Source: Alphaproteobacteria bacterium
Lineage (GTDB): Bacteria; Pseudomonadota; Alphaproteobacteria; CAAHEQ01; UBA3637
Direction: 5' to 3'
NCBI GenBank assembly: GCA_017962565.1
Contig: JAGCVC010000020.1
Coordinates: 68,622-132,621, forward strand
DNA length: 64,000 bases
Shown here: piece by piece, positions 1 through 10,254 of the stretch
Position numbering within the stretch: the stretch's first letter is position 1
Layout: the number at the start of each line of letters is the position of its first letter
Program-made: the position numbers and the translations under genes
The notes under the pieces: generated by a model
What the model was told of the DNA's origin: nothing
What the model saw: the letters and a program-made list of their open reading frames with translations, nothing else
Database searches by the model: none

Positions 1-1324
1 ATTTTAAATCCTGCACAGTGTCTTTATCATAAACCACACTTTCCAGTTGAAGATATTTCAAAAGTAATATCGGAGCAGCTTGTTTTAAAATATTCATACA
101 AGTATTCAAATCAAAATTATTTGAAAATCCTTCTTTATGAACTTCTTTATCTATTTTCTTCAATATGTTATCAAGTTTTGATCCATAAAGTGGAAAGGAT
201 ATTTCTTCTTCAAAAATACTTTCATCCGGCACACTTTCAGTTTCCGAAAAATCATCTTCTTGTTTACTTTCCTGAAGTTTAAACAAATATTCATCCCAAA
301 TCTCGTCCACTGCAAGCATACCTTCTTCGCTGACAAGTCCTAATTTACCGAATAAATCAAAATCAACGTTCATACCATCTACATAACAATAGGTGTTATT
401 TTTAAGCAAACGCTTTATTTCTTCCTTTTTAAAGATTCGTCTCCATTTAGCATCTTCGAGAACACTTCTACCCGAAACACCTAAAACATCCTTGAGCTTT
501 TCGTTTTCTATCATTCTGGAAAGTTGGGAAATCCATTCATAAGACCAGTCAAACAAAAATGCTTTTTGTTTTACATCCTCTACAGGGTTCCAAACTGCAG
601 CTTTCTTAACTAATTCCAAAACCTCTTTTTCTTTTTCCAAAACTTCTTGTTTGGTTATCATTCGGATGGAATTATTGAAAAGTTTTGAAAGATTTGAATA
701 AGCCGTTGTTACCTTTTCATTTTGGCTGTACAACATGGACATAACTGTTTCTTGGGACAAAAAATACTTTCCGACATTCCTTAATGAGTAACGTAATTGT
801 TTTTCCAAATAATCAGCCCTTTTGTGCTTTCTTCTGAAAACTGGAATAAAATGAGAATCTTTCATACACTGATCCAAAGAAATTTCACTTCTTAAAGCAT
901 CAACGGTATTCAAAATAATTGCTAAATAAACGCGCCAACGAAATTCCATTTCCGTTCCAAATTTCGATGTTGCAATTTGTTTTTGTACATTCTTGAATGA
1001 AAAAGTTTGAGGTCCTTTAAAAAAATACCCTTTTTCTGTTTCCAATATTTTAATTTGCAAAGGTAATGCAGCCAGACATAAGAAATTAAGTTGCTCTTTA
1101 TAAAGCGGCCATCTTTTAATCATTTTTGGAAGATGTTGAAAAGATATGGGAACCTCCAGATCCAATGATGAAGTCGGCATATCAATTTCAGAACGATAGG
1201 CTTTTTCAAATGCCCTTACTTCTTTTTCATCCATCAAACCGATTTCCTTCAAAAATTCCGGTTTACAAGAATCAATAGAAAGATAATTCAATAAAATATT
1301 TGCTTGCTTATTCTGATCCGACAT
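1..1324 (-). CDS. hypothetical protein, N-terminal 441 codons; gene continues past window start
   Basis: Minus-strand ATG (complement of 1322-1324) opens a frame that stays open to position 1 by my reading. The six-frame track shows no other >=60 aa ORF across 1-1370, consistent with one frame running off the window edge. AAGG roughly 10 nt upstream. The product is acidic and Lys/Glu-rich with no recognised domain. Confidence 0.5.
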   Translation of the reverse strand, partial: MSDQNKQANILLNYLSIDSCKPEFLKEIGLMDEKEVRAFEKAYRSEIDMPTSSLDLEVPISFQHLPKMIKRWPLYKEQLNFLCLAALPLQIKILETEKGYFFKGPQTFSFKNVQKQIATSKFGTEMEFRWRVYLAIILNTVDALRSEISLDQCMKDSHFIPVFRRKHKRADYLEKQLRYSLRNVGKYFLSQETVMSMLYSQNEKVTTAYSNLSKLFNNSIRMITKQEVLEKEKEVLELVKKAAVWNPVEDVKQKAFLFDWSYEWISQLSRMIENEKLKDVLGVSGRSVLEDAKWRRIFKKEEIKRLLKNNTYCYVDGMNVDFDLFGKLGLVSEEGMLAVDEIWDEYLFKLQESKQEDDFSETESVPDESIFEEEISFPLYGSKLDNILKKIDKEVHKEGFSNNFDLNTCMNILKQAAPILLLKYLQLESVVYDKDTVQDLK

Positions 1325-1370
1325 TTTACAAAACCTTTCAACGCGCCAAATGACAAGCAGTGTATCAGAT

Positions 1371-1979
1371 TCATAAAATTTTGTCAATACTTTTCATAAA
1401 TTTCCATTCAATTTGCTGAACCCTTGTCGAAGAAACACAAAACATAAAATTATTTTGGTTCAAATAATGAAAAAAAGTCTTTTCAAATGTACTTTGCTCA
1501 CAAACGGAAGACATTTTATAATAAGCCTCACGACGGGTCCACAATCTGAAAAAAGTTTCTTGCAATCCGTATCCTTGCGAAAGCAATTGTCCGGCATCTT
1601 TTACCGCATCAATTTGTTCCAAAATTGCGTTGTAGTTGTCCTTTTGTTGCATCCATTCCATATCTAATCCGACAGGATCCGGACAAAAAGCAATTGCGAC
1701 TTGATTATTTGAATGTGACAAACTGATATATCCTAAAGATGTATCAGACAAAACCAAAGCACCAGAACTTAACGTGTTAATTTCGATTTCATTCAACGGT
1801 TTTTGAAGCTCTTCACTTAATACCTTTCGCAACAGAAAATGTCCGCAAATAAATTCGTGCTGACGTTTGACAGAAATCATATTTTCCAAGCGTTTTTTTT
1901 CGGCATCGGACAACACATCGGTTATTTGGCTTAACCGTTCCGGTAAGATTTGGGATATATCACTGACAAAAACTTTCAT
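1371..1979 (-). CDS. 4'-phosphopantetheinyl transferase, Sfp/EntD type
   Basis: Track ORF 1371..2018. PPTase signature motifs GLDMEW (metal-binding G.D.E) and WTRREAYYKM (W.KEA.K). Start moved to the internal ATG (MKVFVSD, 1977-1979) because the track start at 2018 is a TTG codon. Confidence 0.7.
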   Translation of the reverse strand: MKVFVSDISQILPERLSQITDVLSDAEKKRLENMISVKRQHEFICGHFLLRKVLSEELQKPLNEIEINTLSSGALVLSDTSLGYISLSHSNNQVAIAFCPDPVGLDMEWMQQKDNYNAILEQIDAVKDAGQLLSQGYGLQETFFRLWTRREAYYKMSSVCEQSTFEKTFFHYLNQNNFMFCVSSTRVQQIEWKFMKSIDKIL

Positions 1980-2078
1980 ATTTTCAGTATAGCAGGAATA
2001 AAAAAATATACAAATCAAAAAATCCCCCGTTTCAGCAGGGAATTTCTTGTATAGGTATTTTATAAAAAAAGTGACTGC

Positions 2079-3377
<1,299 letters not shown>

Positions 3378-3543
3378 TCATCTTTAACTTTGCAAAAATT
3401 TTTGTCATAGAAAAATTTTTTAGTCTAAAGATACTTTTTCAAGTGATTTTTATTGAAAATAATAAAATTTTATGCTACAGTCCTTGCAACTGAACAGCTC
3501 TCCGTATTTATATGTTTAAAAATTTTAGAAAGGATCTTTAATA

Positions 3544-3915
3544 ATGCAGAAAATTGACTGCAATAAAGAAATTAAAAAAGCGACCGTGCGTGTCAACTTT
3601 TTGAAAGAAACGACTGACATATTTTTCATGGTCTCAGCTGCGATGGCTGTTCTTTGTGTAGGTGCAGAAGCTGCCAAATCTTTTGGTGTTGGGAAAAATC
3701 ATTTACCATTAGGTTCTCTTGCTATAACAAATTTTATTACGTCTCTCTCCTTTTTCTTTTTGGCTTCCATGAGCAACGTTTTGAAAAATGAAGCGATTGA
3801 CGAACGCGAAAGGTTAATCCGGGATTTAAATAAAAAGAAAGAAGATGCTAAAAAGCTTATGCATCATCATGATTCAAATAATATAGTCAAAGCACAAAGT
3901 AAAGAACACTGCTAG
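3544..3915 (+). CDS. hypothetical membrane protein (ORFan)
   Basis: 123 aa ORF in an AT-rich intergenic islet. Two hydrophobic helices followed by a charged Lys/Glu-rich tail. No recognised family. Confidence 0.45.
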   Translation: MQKIDCNKEIKKATVRVNFLKETTDIFFMVSAAMAVLCVGAEAAKSFGVGKNHLPLGSLAITNFITSLSFFFLASMSNVLKNEAIDERERLIRDLNKKKEDAKKLMHHHDSNNIVKAQSKEHC

Positions 3916-3930
3916 TAAAGGAAAATAAAA

Positions 3931-4500
3931 ATGTTTTATCAAGATTTTGATGCGGCAATTAAAAATGCATCTGGGAAGAAAAATTTTGCTCAACGGGCTA
4001 CAACTGCCTTTAATATGGCTGCAAAAACTTTTGGAATGATCGGAGTATGTTCCCTTACATTGTTTGGAATTGGTATCAGCTCAATGTCCGGAACTTCCAC
4101 TATCTTATTGGCCGCGACAAGTATTATTGCATCTGCTTCATCTTGGGGGCTGTCTCACTTTTCTTCCGCTTACGCAAAAGAAGTTAATTATGAAATAAAA
4201 TACTTCAACGAAAAAAAGGCTCTTCAAGAAATGTTCAAAGAAAACGAAAACACTTTGCAGAAACGTTATCAAAGAAGAAGGCATATTGCCTTTTTAAAAG
4301 AAGAGTTTAAAAAGACAAAATTAATTGGTAATGAAGGCATGGAAGAAACTTTACAAAAATCAAATAAGGCAAAAGAAATTGCTATAGCGATCAGCACAAA
4401 TTCGGAAATATTAAGAACGGGTTGCGCTTCCAGACACAAAAAAGCCGAAAAATTGTTGAAGGCACGAAAAAGATTTTGGAATTCCCATCAGAAAGAATAA
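3931..4500 (+). CDS. hypothetical membrane protein (ORFan, same architecture as 3544..3915)
   Basis: 189 aa. Gly/Ser-rich hydrophobic helices (GIGISSMSGTSTILLAATSIIASASSWGL) then a basic coiled tail. Followed immediately by a strong terminator. Confidence 0.5.
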   Translation: MFYQDFDAAIKNASGKKNFAQRATTAFNMAAKTFGMIGVCSLTLFGIGISSMSGTSTILLAATSIIASASSWGLSHFSSAYAKEVNYEIKYFNEKKALQEMFKENENTLQKRYQRRRHIAFLKEEFKKTKLIGNEGMEETLQKSNKAKEIAIAISTNSEILRTGCASRHKKAEKLLKARKRFWNSHQKE

Positions 4501-4505
4501 AGAAA

Positions 4506-4530
4506 GGCGGTATCAACACCGCCCTTTTTT
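4506..4530 (+). terminator. rho-independent terminator
   Basis: GGCGGT-atcaac-ACCGCC hairpin followed by CTTTTTT, directly after the stop codon of 3931..4500. Confidence 0.6.
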
Positions 4531-4623
4531 AACTCACTTTTAATTATTTTTGGTGTACATTATATTTGTAAAACGTTTACAAGACGTTACGTAAAAAAAA
4601 GCTAAACATGAGAAAGGAAAAAA

Positions 4624-4989
4624 ATGTACGAAGAAGATTTAACAAGAGCAATTAGAAAGTTATCTGAAAAAATAGAGGAATTAAACAGCAAACTCTCTCA
4701 TTTAGAACTCCCAGATTTACTGGTAAGAGTTAGTCGAAGTCTCAATAATAATGGGGAACAATTAGAAGCATTCGGCAAGCTATTACGGTCGAATAATGAG
4801 CTACTTGATAATATGATTCAGATATCAAATGCTAAGAAAAGAGAAGATGGATTGAAAAAAGAAATTGAAAAACGTACTGCCGAAGATATATCAAAAAAGC
4901 TAGAGAAAAATCCTAACTATTCAATAAAAAATAAAAATACAGGAGATCTGAATATTACAGTCAAGTCAAAAAAAATACATACTCTGTAA
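4624..4989 (+). CDS. hypothetical coiled-coil protein (ORFan)
   Basis: 121 aa, highly charged with heptad-like pattern. AGGAAA SD-like sequence upstream (gagaaaggaaaaaaATG). Confidence 0.45.
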   Translation: MYEEDLTRAIRKLSEKIEELNSKLSHLELPDLLVRVSRSLNNNGEQLEAFGKLLRSNNELLDNMIQISNAKKREDGLKKEIEKRTAEDISKKLEKNPNYSIKNKNTGDLNITVKSKKIHTL

Positions 4990-5007
4990 TATATTTGCAG
5001 TCTTTAA

Positions 5008-5036
5008 AAAGGGCGGTATTAAAACCGCCTTTTCTT
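5008..5036. terminator. bidirectional rho-independent terminator between convergent genes
   Basis: AAAAAGGGCGGT-attaaa-ACCGCCTTTTCTTATTT. The stem is nearly identical to the 4506-4530 hairpin. A-run and T-run flank it, so it can serve the 4624..4989 gene on + and kdsA on -. Confidence 0.55.
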
Positions 5037-5853
5037 ATTTCTTTGCAACTTCATCAAATTCTTTTATTTTTGTCAAAATGGATTCCAATTGATGAAGCGG
5101 TATCATATTCGGTCCGTCACTGGGAGCATAATCCGGATTAGCATGCGTTTCAATGAACACACCGGCAATACCCGCTGTAATTGCTGCATTTGCTATTATC
5201 GGTGCAAACTCACGTTGACCACCACTGCTGGTACCCTGTCCACCCGGCTGTTGAACACTGTGCGTTGCATCAATAATTACCGGATAGCCCGTTTGTTTCA
5301 TAATCGGTAAACTGCGCATATCGACAACTAAAGTATTATAGCCGAACGAAACGCCCCGTTCCGTCAACAATATGTTTTCATTGCCTGTACTTTCCAACTT
5401 ACCGACAACGTTTCTCATATCCCAAGGGGCCAAAAATTGTCCTTTCTTGACATTGATGCATTTACCCGTTTTACCGGCAGCAACCAACAAATCCGTTTGA
5501 CGACACAGAAAAGCCGGTATTTGCAAAATATCGACAACTTCGGCCGCTTTTTCACATTGCCATGGTTCGTGAATATCCGTAATTACCGGGCAACCGTACT
5601 TTGTTTTAATATCCGAAAATGCTCTTAAAGCACTATCCAATCCGATACCACGAGCACCGTTAATCGAAGTACGATTGGCTTTGTCAAAGGATGCTTTGAA
5701 CACGTATGGAATATGTAACTTTTCGCAAATTTCGTTAATTGCACAAGCCATTTCCATCCCGTGTGCCTCACTTTCCATTTGGCAAGGACCGGCAATTAAA
5801 ACGAATGGCAATTCGTTTGAAAAAGTAACTTTTCCAACTTGAACTTTTTTCAT
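5035..5853 (-). CDS. kdsA: 3-deoxy-8-phosphooctulonate synthase (KDO8P synthase)
   Basis: 272 aa; ...[15 protein letters not shown]... typical KdsA/DAHP-synthase-I family. Confidence 0.9.
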   Translation of the reverse strand: MKKVQVGKVTFSNELPFVLIAGPCQMESEAHGMEMACAINEICEKLHIPYVFKASFDKANRTSINGARGIGLDSALRAFSDIKTKYGCPVITDIHEPWQCEKAAEVVDILQIPAFLCRQTDLLVAAGKTGKCINVKKGQFLAPWDMRNVVGKLESTGNENILLTERGVSFGYNTLVVDMRSLPIMKQTGYPVIIDATHSVQQPGGQGTSSGGQREFAPIIANAAITAGIAGVFIETHANPDYAPSDGPNMIPLHQLESILTKIKEFDEVAKK

Positions 5854-5862
5854 AAGAAACCT

Positions 5863-6186
5863 TTATTCTTTAGCGTCTGAACTTCCTTCAGTCCCTGCCG
5901 CTGCATCTTGCGTCTGTGTCTGAATCGGTAAATCCTTCACAAGGTCAACAGGTTTTGCATTTTGTTTTGCCAAAACACTTAAACTCAGTGTAATAATAAA
6001 GAACAAAGCCGCAACTGTGGCTGTTGCTTTTGTCAAAGTATTACCAACTGAACGGCCGGTCATAAAGCTTGATCCCGTACCTCCGCCAAGTCCACCCAAA
6101 GCACCGCCTTCTGAATCTTGTAACATGACCAAAATACATAAGAATATGGCCAAAATAATATCTATGCCCAACAACACATTATACAT
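5863..6186 (-). CDS. secG: preprotein translocase subunit SecG
   Basis: 107 aa. Two TM helices and a Gly-rich loop (GGALGGLGGGTGSSFMTGRS) typical of SecG. Conserved position next to tpiA. Confidence 0.85.
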   Translation of the reverse strand: MYNVLLGIDIILAIFLCILVMLQDSEGGALGGLGGGTGSSFMTGRSVGNTLTKATATVAALFFIITLSLSVLAKQNAKPVDLVKDLPIQTQTQDAAAGTEGSSDAKE

Positions 6187-6206
6187 TTTATTTTACTTTC
6201 CTTTCT

Positions 6207-6965
6207 TTATTTCACTGTTTCAGCAATTGCCCAAAAATCGTCTGCTTTCAAACTGGCACCGCCAACCAAAGCACCATCCACATCGGACAAGCTCAACAAT
6301 TCCGCTGCATTACTCGGCTTAACAGATCCGCCGTACAAAATTTGCATTTTATCAGCAATATCTTGTCCCAACAATTTTGCTAATTCCGAACGAATAAATG
6401 CATGAACTTCTTCGACTTCTGCCGTTGTCGGAATTTTTCCCGTACCAATAGCCCAAACAGGTTCATAAGCAATAACAACCTTGCCTGCTGTTGCATTTAA
6501 AGGGACAGAACCACGTACTTGCGCACCGACAACATCCAAAGTTTTACCGGCTTCGCGTTCAGCCAAAGTTTCACCAACGCAAATAATCACGCCCAAATCT
6601 GCAGCCAAAGCAGCTGTTGCTTTTGCATTTACCAATTCGTTTGTTTCAAAATGATCAGCACGACGTTCCGAATGTCCGACAATAACGCCACCGCAACCCA
6701 AATCTTTTAACATCAACGGGCTGACATCACCTGTATGAGCACCTTTTTCAAATTGGGAACAATCTTGTGCACCGACCCAAACACCCGAATTTTTTGCAGC
6801 ATCGGCAACCGCATCCAAAATAGTGAACGGTGGAGCAATAAACATATCAAATTTTTTATCTTCCAATGCTTTGTATTTTTCAGCAACAGCCGTTGCCAAA
6901 GCAATTCCGTCCGCCTTCAAGCCGTTCATTTTCCAGTTACCGGCAATTAATTTTCTTCTTGTCAT
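6207..6965 (-). CDS. tpiA: triosephosphate isomerase
   Basis: 252 aa; IAGNWKMNG..., GHSERR, AYEPVWAIGTG motifs. Confidence 0.95.
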   Translation of the reverse strand: MTRRKLIAGNWKMNGLKADGIALATAVAEKYKALEDKKFDMFIAPPFTILDAVADAAKNSGVWVGAQDCSQFEKGAHTGDVSPLMLKDLGCGGVIVGHSERRADHFETNELVNAKATAALAADLGVIICVGETLAEREAGKTLDVVGAQVRGSVPLNATAGKVVIAYEPVWAIGTGKIPTTAEVEEVHAFIRSELAKLLGQDIADKMQILYGGSVKPSNAAELLSLSDVDGALVGGASLKADDFWAIAETVK

Positions 6966-7050
6966 TTTAATCCTCTTTCATAGTAAAACAATAGCATACA
7001 TTTAGCACATTTTAAGTTTTTTTCAAGAACTTTTTCATAAAAGCCCATAA

Positions 7051-7827
7051 TTATTTTTTTGGCAAATGTCGTAATATCGGGTGAATTATACAAGCCGGCA
7101 GAGCACTCATCAACCAAGCACCCAAGGCCATTGGCAACGGAAAAGCAATAATTGCTTTATTTTTGGCAATACCTTTTTGAATAATTTTAGCGGCCTTTGC
7201 CGGTTGCATCAAAAACGGCATTCGGAAAGCATTTGCATCCGTCAGTGGCGTTTTAATAAAGCCCGGACAAATCACATTGACCTTGATATTTTCATCTTTC
7301 AACCAACCGCGCAAGCCTTCTCCCCACGCTTTGACGCATGATTTACTGGCAGAATATGCCGGTGCATAAGGCAATCCGCGATATCCGGCAATAGAGCTGA
7401 CAATAGCAACCTGCCCGCTTTTACGTTTACGCATCCTCTCCAAAGTCGGCAAAACGCAATTTACAACACCGGAAATGTTTGTATTGAAAATCTGTCGAGT
7501 CTGCGAACCGCCTTCCGGCTCGCCCAAAACACCACCCGATATACCGGCATTGGCAATCAGCAAATCAATCGGATGCACACTGTCCGCATTTAAAATTGCT
7601 TCCTGAACTGCAAAAGCATCCGTCACATCAAATTGGTAAGTATAAACTTCTGCGCCCTTTTCCTTACAAACAGCGGCTGTTTCGTACAAACGTTCTTTGT
7701 TGCGTCCGCATAAATACAAGCATTTATCGGGTGCGGCATAACTTTCTGCTAATGCTTTACCCAAACCGCTGGAAGCCCCTGTGATAAAGATGGAATACTT
7801 TTTCTTTTTCATTTCTTTTTTGTGCAT
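7051..7827 (-). CDS. short-chain dehydrogenase/reductase (SDR) family oxidoreductase
   Basis: ITGASSGLGKALA Rossmann motif and Y...K active-site region (YSASK). Track ORF extends to 7980, but that extension overlaps tRNA-Leu on the opposite strand. Start placed at internal ATG 7825-7827 (MHKKEMKKKKYSIFITGASSGLG). Confidence 0.75.
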   Translation of the reverse strand: MHKKEMKKKKYSIFITGASSGLGKALAESYAAPDKCLYLCGRNKERLYETAAVCKEKGAEVYTYQFDVTDAFAVQEAILNADSVHPIDLLIANAGISGGVLGEPEGGSQTRQIFNTNISGVVNCVLPTLERMRKRKSGQVAIVSSIAGYRGLPYAPAYSASKSCVKAWGEGLRGWLKDENIKVNVICPGFIKTPLTDANAFRMPFLMQPAKAAKIIQKGIAKNKAIIAFPLPMALGAWLMSALPACIIHPILRHLPKK

Positions 7828-7927
7828 TTTGCTGTTCCTTTTTAAAACTTCAAAAATTTTTAATTTTTTTCTTGACAATAAACAATATATCAATATAATA
7901 TGCTCTTGTCTACTGAAAAAAGCATGT

Positions 7928-8014
7928 GCCTCTGTGGCGGAATTGGTAGACGCGATAGACTCAAAATCTGTTGCTCGCAAGAGCGTGCTGGTTCAAGTCC
8001 GGCCAGGGGTACCA
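7928..8014 (+). tRNA. tRNA-Leu (anticodon CAA)
   Basis: Folded by hand. Acceptor stem GCCTCTG/CAGGGGT with G-U pairs, D-arm, anticodon loop CTCAAAA (CAA), long variable arm GCTCGCAAGAGCG typical of Leu. T-arm GCTGG-TTCAAGT-CCGGC, discriminator A, encoded CCA. Confidence 0.85.
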
Positions 8015-8061
8015 AATCTAACAACCGTTCCGATTGGGACGGTTTTTTATTGTTTTGCAAG
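8009..8061. repeat. att-like direct repeat copy 1: tRNA-Leu 3' end plus terminator
   Basis: 53 bp, GTACCAAATCTAACAACCGTTCCGATTGGGACGGTTTTTTATTGTTTTGCAAG. It recurs with 2 mismatches at 10180..10234. Confidence 0.8.
8021..8055 (+). terminator. rho-independent terminator of tRNA-Leu
   Basis: AACCGTTCC-GATT-GGGACGGTT 9-bp stem with tetraloop, followed by TTTTTATTGTTTT. Confidence 0.6.
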
Positions 8062-8272
8062 CATTTGAGCGAGTTCGATAACTCCCCCTTTTTAAAGGCG
8101 CCATTTCCGTAAATTATCGAACTTTTGGGATGCTGTTTCTTTATAAAACAATCACTTATAATGAGTTCAAGTCTGGCCAGCCCCAGAAACGAATTTTAAT
8201 TAATTTATTATTGACCAAGGAATCATAATTAAGTAGGATATATAAAAAGTACACAAATGTAGTGAGAAAGAA

Positions 8273-9112
8273 ATGACAAAAAGAAAATTATTTATTCCTG
8301 AAGGATATGAAGAAGATTATATCCGACACATACGACAAGAATCCAAGTACATACAAAGAAAATCACAGTTTGCAGAAGCAGAAATTCCACCTCTTGTTCC
8401 TAAATGGAAACCAACTCTAATGATGTATAATATAACAGATGAGATACAAGAAAAAAACAAACAAAGACATAGCCTTTATGACAAAATAGGTTTTTATGTG
8501 TTCCTTTTTATCTCTTTGATTATAATATATAAGGGACTATGTACAGCTAAAGGATTTTCATCTTTTATTGGAATTCTTTTACATAGAGCTTTCATTTGTT
8601 TAATTTTCGTTGGAGGACCTGTGGGTGCCATTCTATCCATTAAAACAGGTGTTGATAAACGTATTGAAAAATACAACAGACATTTAGAGGCATGGAAATA
8701 TTGGTATGAATTATATCCTCGGAAAAAAGTGATTTCTTATTGGAAAGATTTATCTGGATATAAGTTTGAAAAAGAACTTGCACAAATTTTTATTAAAAAT
8801 GGGTTTGATACTGAAATAACAAAAAAAAGTGGAGATGGTGGAGTAGACATTATACTCAATCCCAAAGGAGAAAAGATTTACATACAATGTAAAGCGTACA
8901 AAACACGTGCCGGTGTGGCTGTTGTCAGAGAGCTTTTAGGATGTATGGAATTAAACAATGTTGAATATGGTATCGTAGCCTGTACAGGAGGCTTTACGAA
9001 AGGAGCTATCGAAGCAGCACTAATGGCACACATTACTTTGTTGGATTCAAGCGATATTGTAAAGTTGATGGATAAAGACATACCATTGGATTATTTCTAT
9101 AGAAAAGAGTAA
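8273..9112 (+). CDS. membrane-anchored Mrr-family restriction endonuclease-like protein (Mrr_cat PD-(D/E)xK domain)
   Basis: 279 aa. N-terminal about 70 aa soluble region, two predicted TM helices (IGFYVFLFISLIIIYKGL; FIGILLHRAFICLIFVGGPVGAILSI). C-terminal domain has hallmark Mrr_cat motifs FEKELAQIF..., SGDGGVDII, IYIQCKAYK, GFTKGAIEAA. Confidence 0.75.
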   Translation: MTKRKLFIPEGYEEDYIRHIRQESKYIQRKSQFAEAEIPPLVPKWKPTLMMYNITDEIQEKNKQRHSLYDKIGFYVFLFISLIIIYKGLCTAKGFSSFIGILLHRAFICLIFVGGPVGAILSIKTGVDKRIEKYNRHLEAWKYWYELYPRKKVISYWKDLSGYKFEKELAQIFIKNGFDTEITKKSGDGGVDIILNPKGEKIYIQCKAYKTRAGVAVVRELLGCMELNNVEYGIVACTGGFTKGAIEAALMAHITLLDSSDIVKLMDKDIPLDYFYRKE

Positions 9113-9224
9113 CTTCTTTAATTCTTATTTTCTTGATTTTCTTGCCATAATATGATACAGTTCAGATATTAAAAATAGAAAAACATTTTCAAAATTTTAG
9201 TTAAAAAGAAATGAAGGATTTAAT

Positions 9225-10061
9225 ATGGCTAGTTATTCAGAATTAAATAGTAAATATTTCATAGATAATAAGGCATTTAATTGTCCCTTTTGTGGTTTAA
9301 GAAATACTACTTATACTATATTAGCAATTTTAAAGTATGATTTAAATAAAAACAAGTCTGCTAAAGTTATTTTTGTCCGCTGCAATAGATGTGGAAAAGT
9401 ATCCATTCATTTTGCTTCTTGTGATATACAAACTTCATGGGGAAAAGATGCACTTGGTGTTATCAAAGGTTTCAGTGGTTCTTCTGTGTGGATTAATACA
9501 TTGAATAATATCGATTTTTTAAATTCTAAAAATGATGATAGCGAATTTGATATCGATATAGATTCTAAAATATATCACAGTATTCCCTCTTCATCTTTTA
9601 CAATGGATGAACGAATCCCCAGGAATTTAAGAGATCTTTTTGATGAAGCTCAAGAATGCAAAAAAGCAAATTTAAAGACAGGAGCATCAGCTTGTTTAAG
9701 AAAATTAGTTTATACTTTGTTATCAGATCAGCTAAATAAAAAGCATAAAAAGACGAAGCAATCAATAAAAGATTTAGGCTACGAACATTATTCTGATTGT
9801 ATTAAAGCCTTAAAAGAATATCATCCTAATTTAAGCGTTTTTATCGCCCCTCTAGAAGGTATTACAGGTATAACTAGCGACCAAGTGCATGAAGATTCAT
9901 GGGCTGAAATATCATCACAAGATTTGGGCATTTGCTTAGAAGCTATGAGGGATTTATTAAACCAGATATATGTTCAACCTGCTATCTTGAAAGAAAGAGA
10001 AAACAAAATACGTGAAATGAGTAAGAAAGCATCCACTAAAAAAAAGAGTACGGATAAATAA
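9225..10061 (+). CDS. hypothetical protein with N-terminal Cys4 zinc ribbon and C-terminal DUF4145-like helical domain
   Basis: 278 aa. CPFCG...(26 aa)...CNRCG zinc-ribbon spacing. The C-terminal region (LFDEAQECKKANLKTGASACLRKLVYTLLSD ... GITSDQVHED ... EAMRDLLNQIY) resembles DUF4145 as I recall it, unverified. 112 bp downstream of the Mrr-like gene on the same strand. Confidence 0.5.
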   Translation: MASYSELNSKYFIDNKAFNCPFCGLRNTTYTILAILKYDLNKNKSAKVIFVRCNRCGKVSIHFASCDIQTSWGKDALGVIKGFSGSSVWINTLNNIDFLNSKNDDSEFDIDIDSKIYHSIPSSSFTMDERIPRNLRDLFDEAQECKKANLKTGASACLRKLVYTLLSDQLNKKHKKTKQSIKDLGYEHYSDCIKALKEYHPNLSVFIAPLEGITGITSDQVHEDSWAEISSQDLGICLEAMRDLLNQIYVQPAILKERENKIREMSKKASTKKKSTDK

Positions 10062-10097
10062 ACTTTCTCTCATAAAAAATTTAAAACAGGACCTCGA

Positions 10098-10125
10098 CGT
10101 CCTTAATTAAATCATTTATTTGCTG
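10098..10125 (+). terminator. possible weak terminator after 9225..10061
   Basis: AGGAC-CTCGAC-GTCCT short hairpin followed by an AT-rich tract. Weak. Confidence 0.3.
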
Positions 10126-10150
10126 TACCAACTTTTTGAAATCGTCCGGA

Positions 10151-10234
10151 TGTTTGGCTCGGTATTCGTTAAGCATGCTGTACCAAATTTAACAACCGTT
10201 CCGATTGGGACGGTTGTTTTATTGTTTTGCAAGG
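10151..10234. repeat. att-like direct repeat copy 2 (29-nt prefix plus 55-nt tRNA 3' end/terminator copy)
   Basis: 10180..10234 matches 8009..8061 with 2 mismatches and includes the terminator hairpin. The prefix TGTTTGGCTCGGTATTCGTTAAGCATGCT is shared with the copy at 10904. Confidence 0.8.
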
Positions 10235-10254
10235 TTGTTTTGAATAAAATTCTA

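Noticed and set aside
1-1324. Possible acyl-carrier-like motif (KLGLVSEEGMLAVDEI) in the partial ORF next to the PPTase
   Set aside because: The Ser is not in a DSL context and the surrounding sequence does not look like a 4-helix ACP. Too weak to call.
1980-2018. Longer N-terminus for the PPTase starting at 2018
   Set aside because: The codon at 2016-2018 is TTG, the added residues (MICIFFYSCYTEN) are non-conserved and hydrophobic, and the internal ATG gives a typical PPTase N-terminus.
7781-8112. Track ORFs 7781..8068 and 7900..8112 (95 and 70 aa)
   Set aside because: They run straight through the tRNA-Leu gene and its terminator. Low-complexity translation. Spurious.
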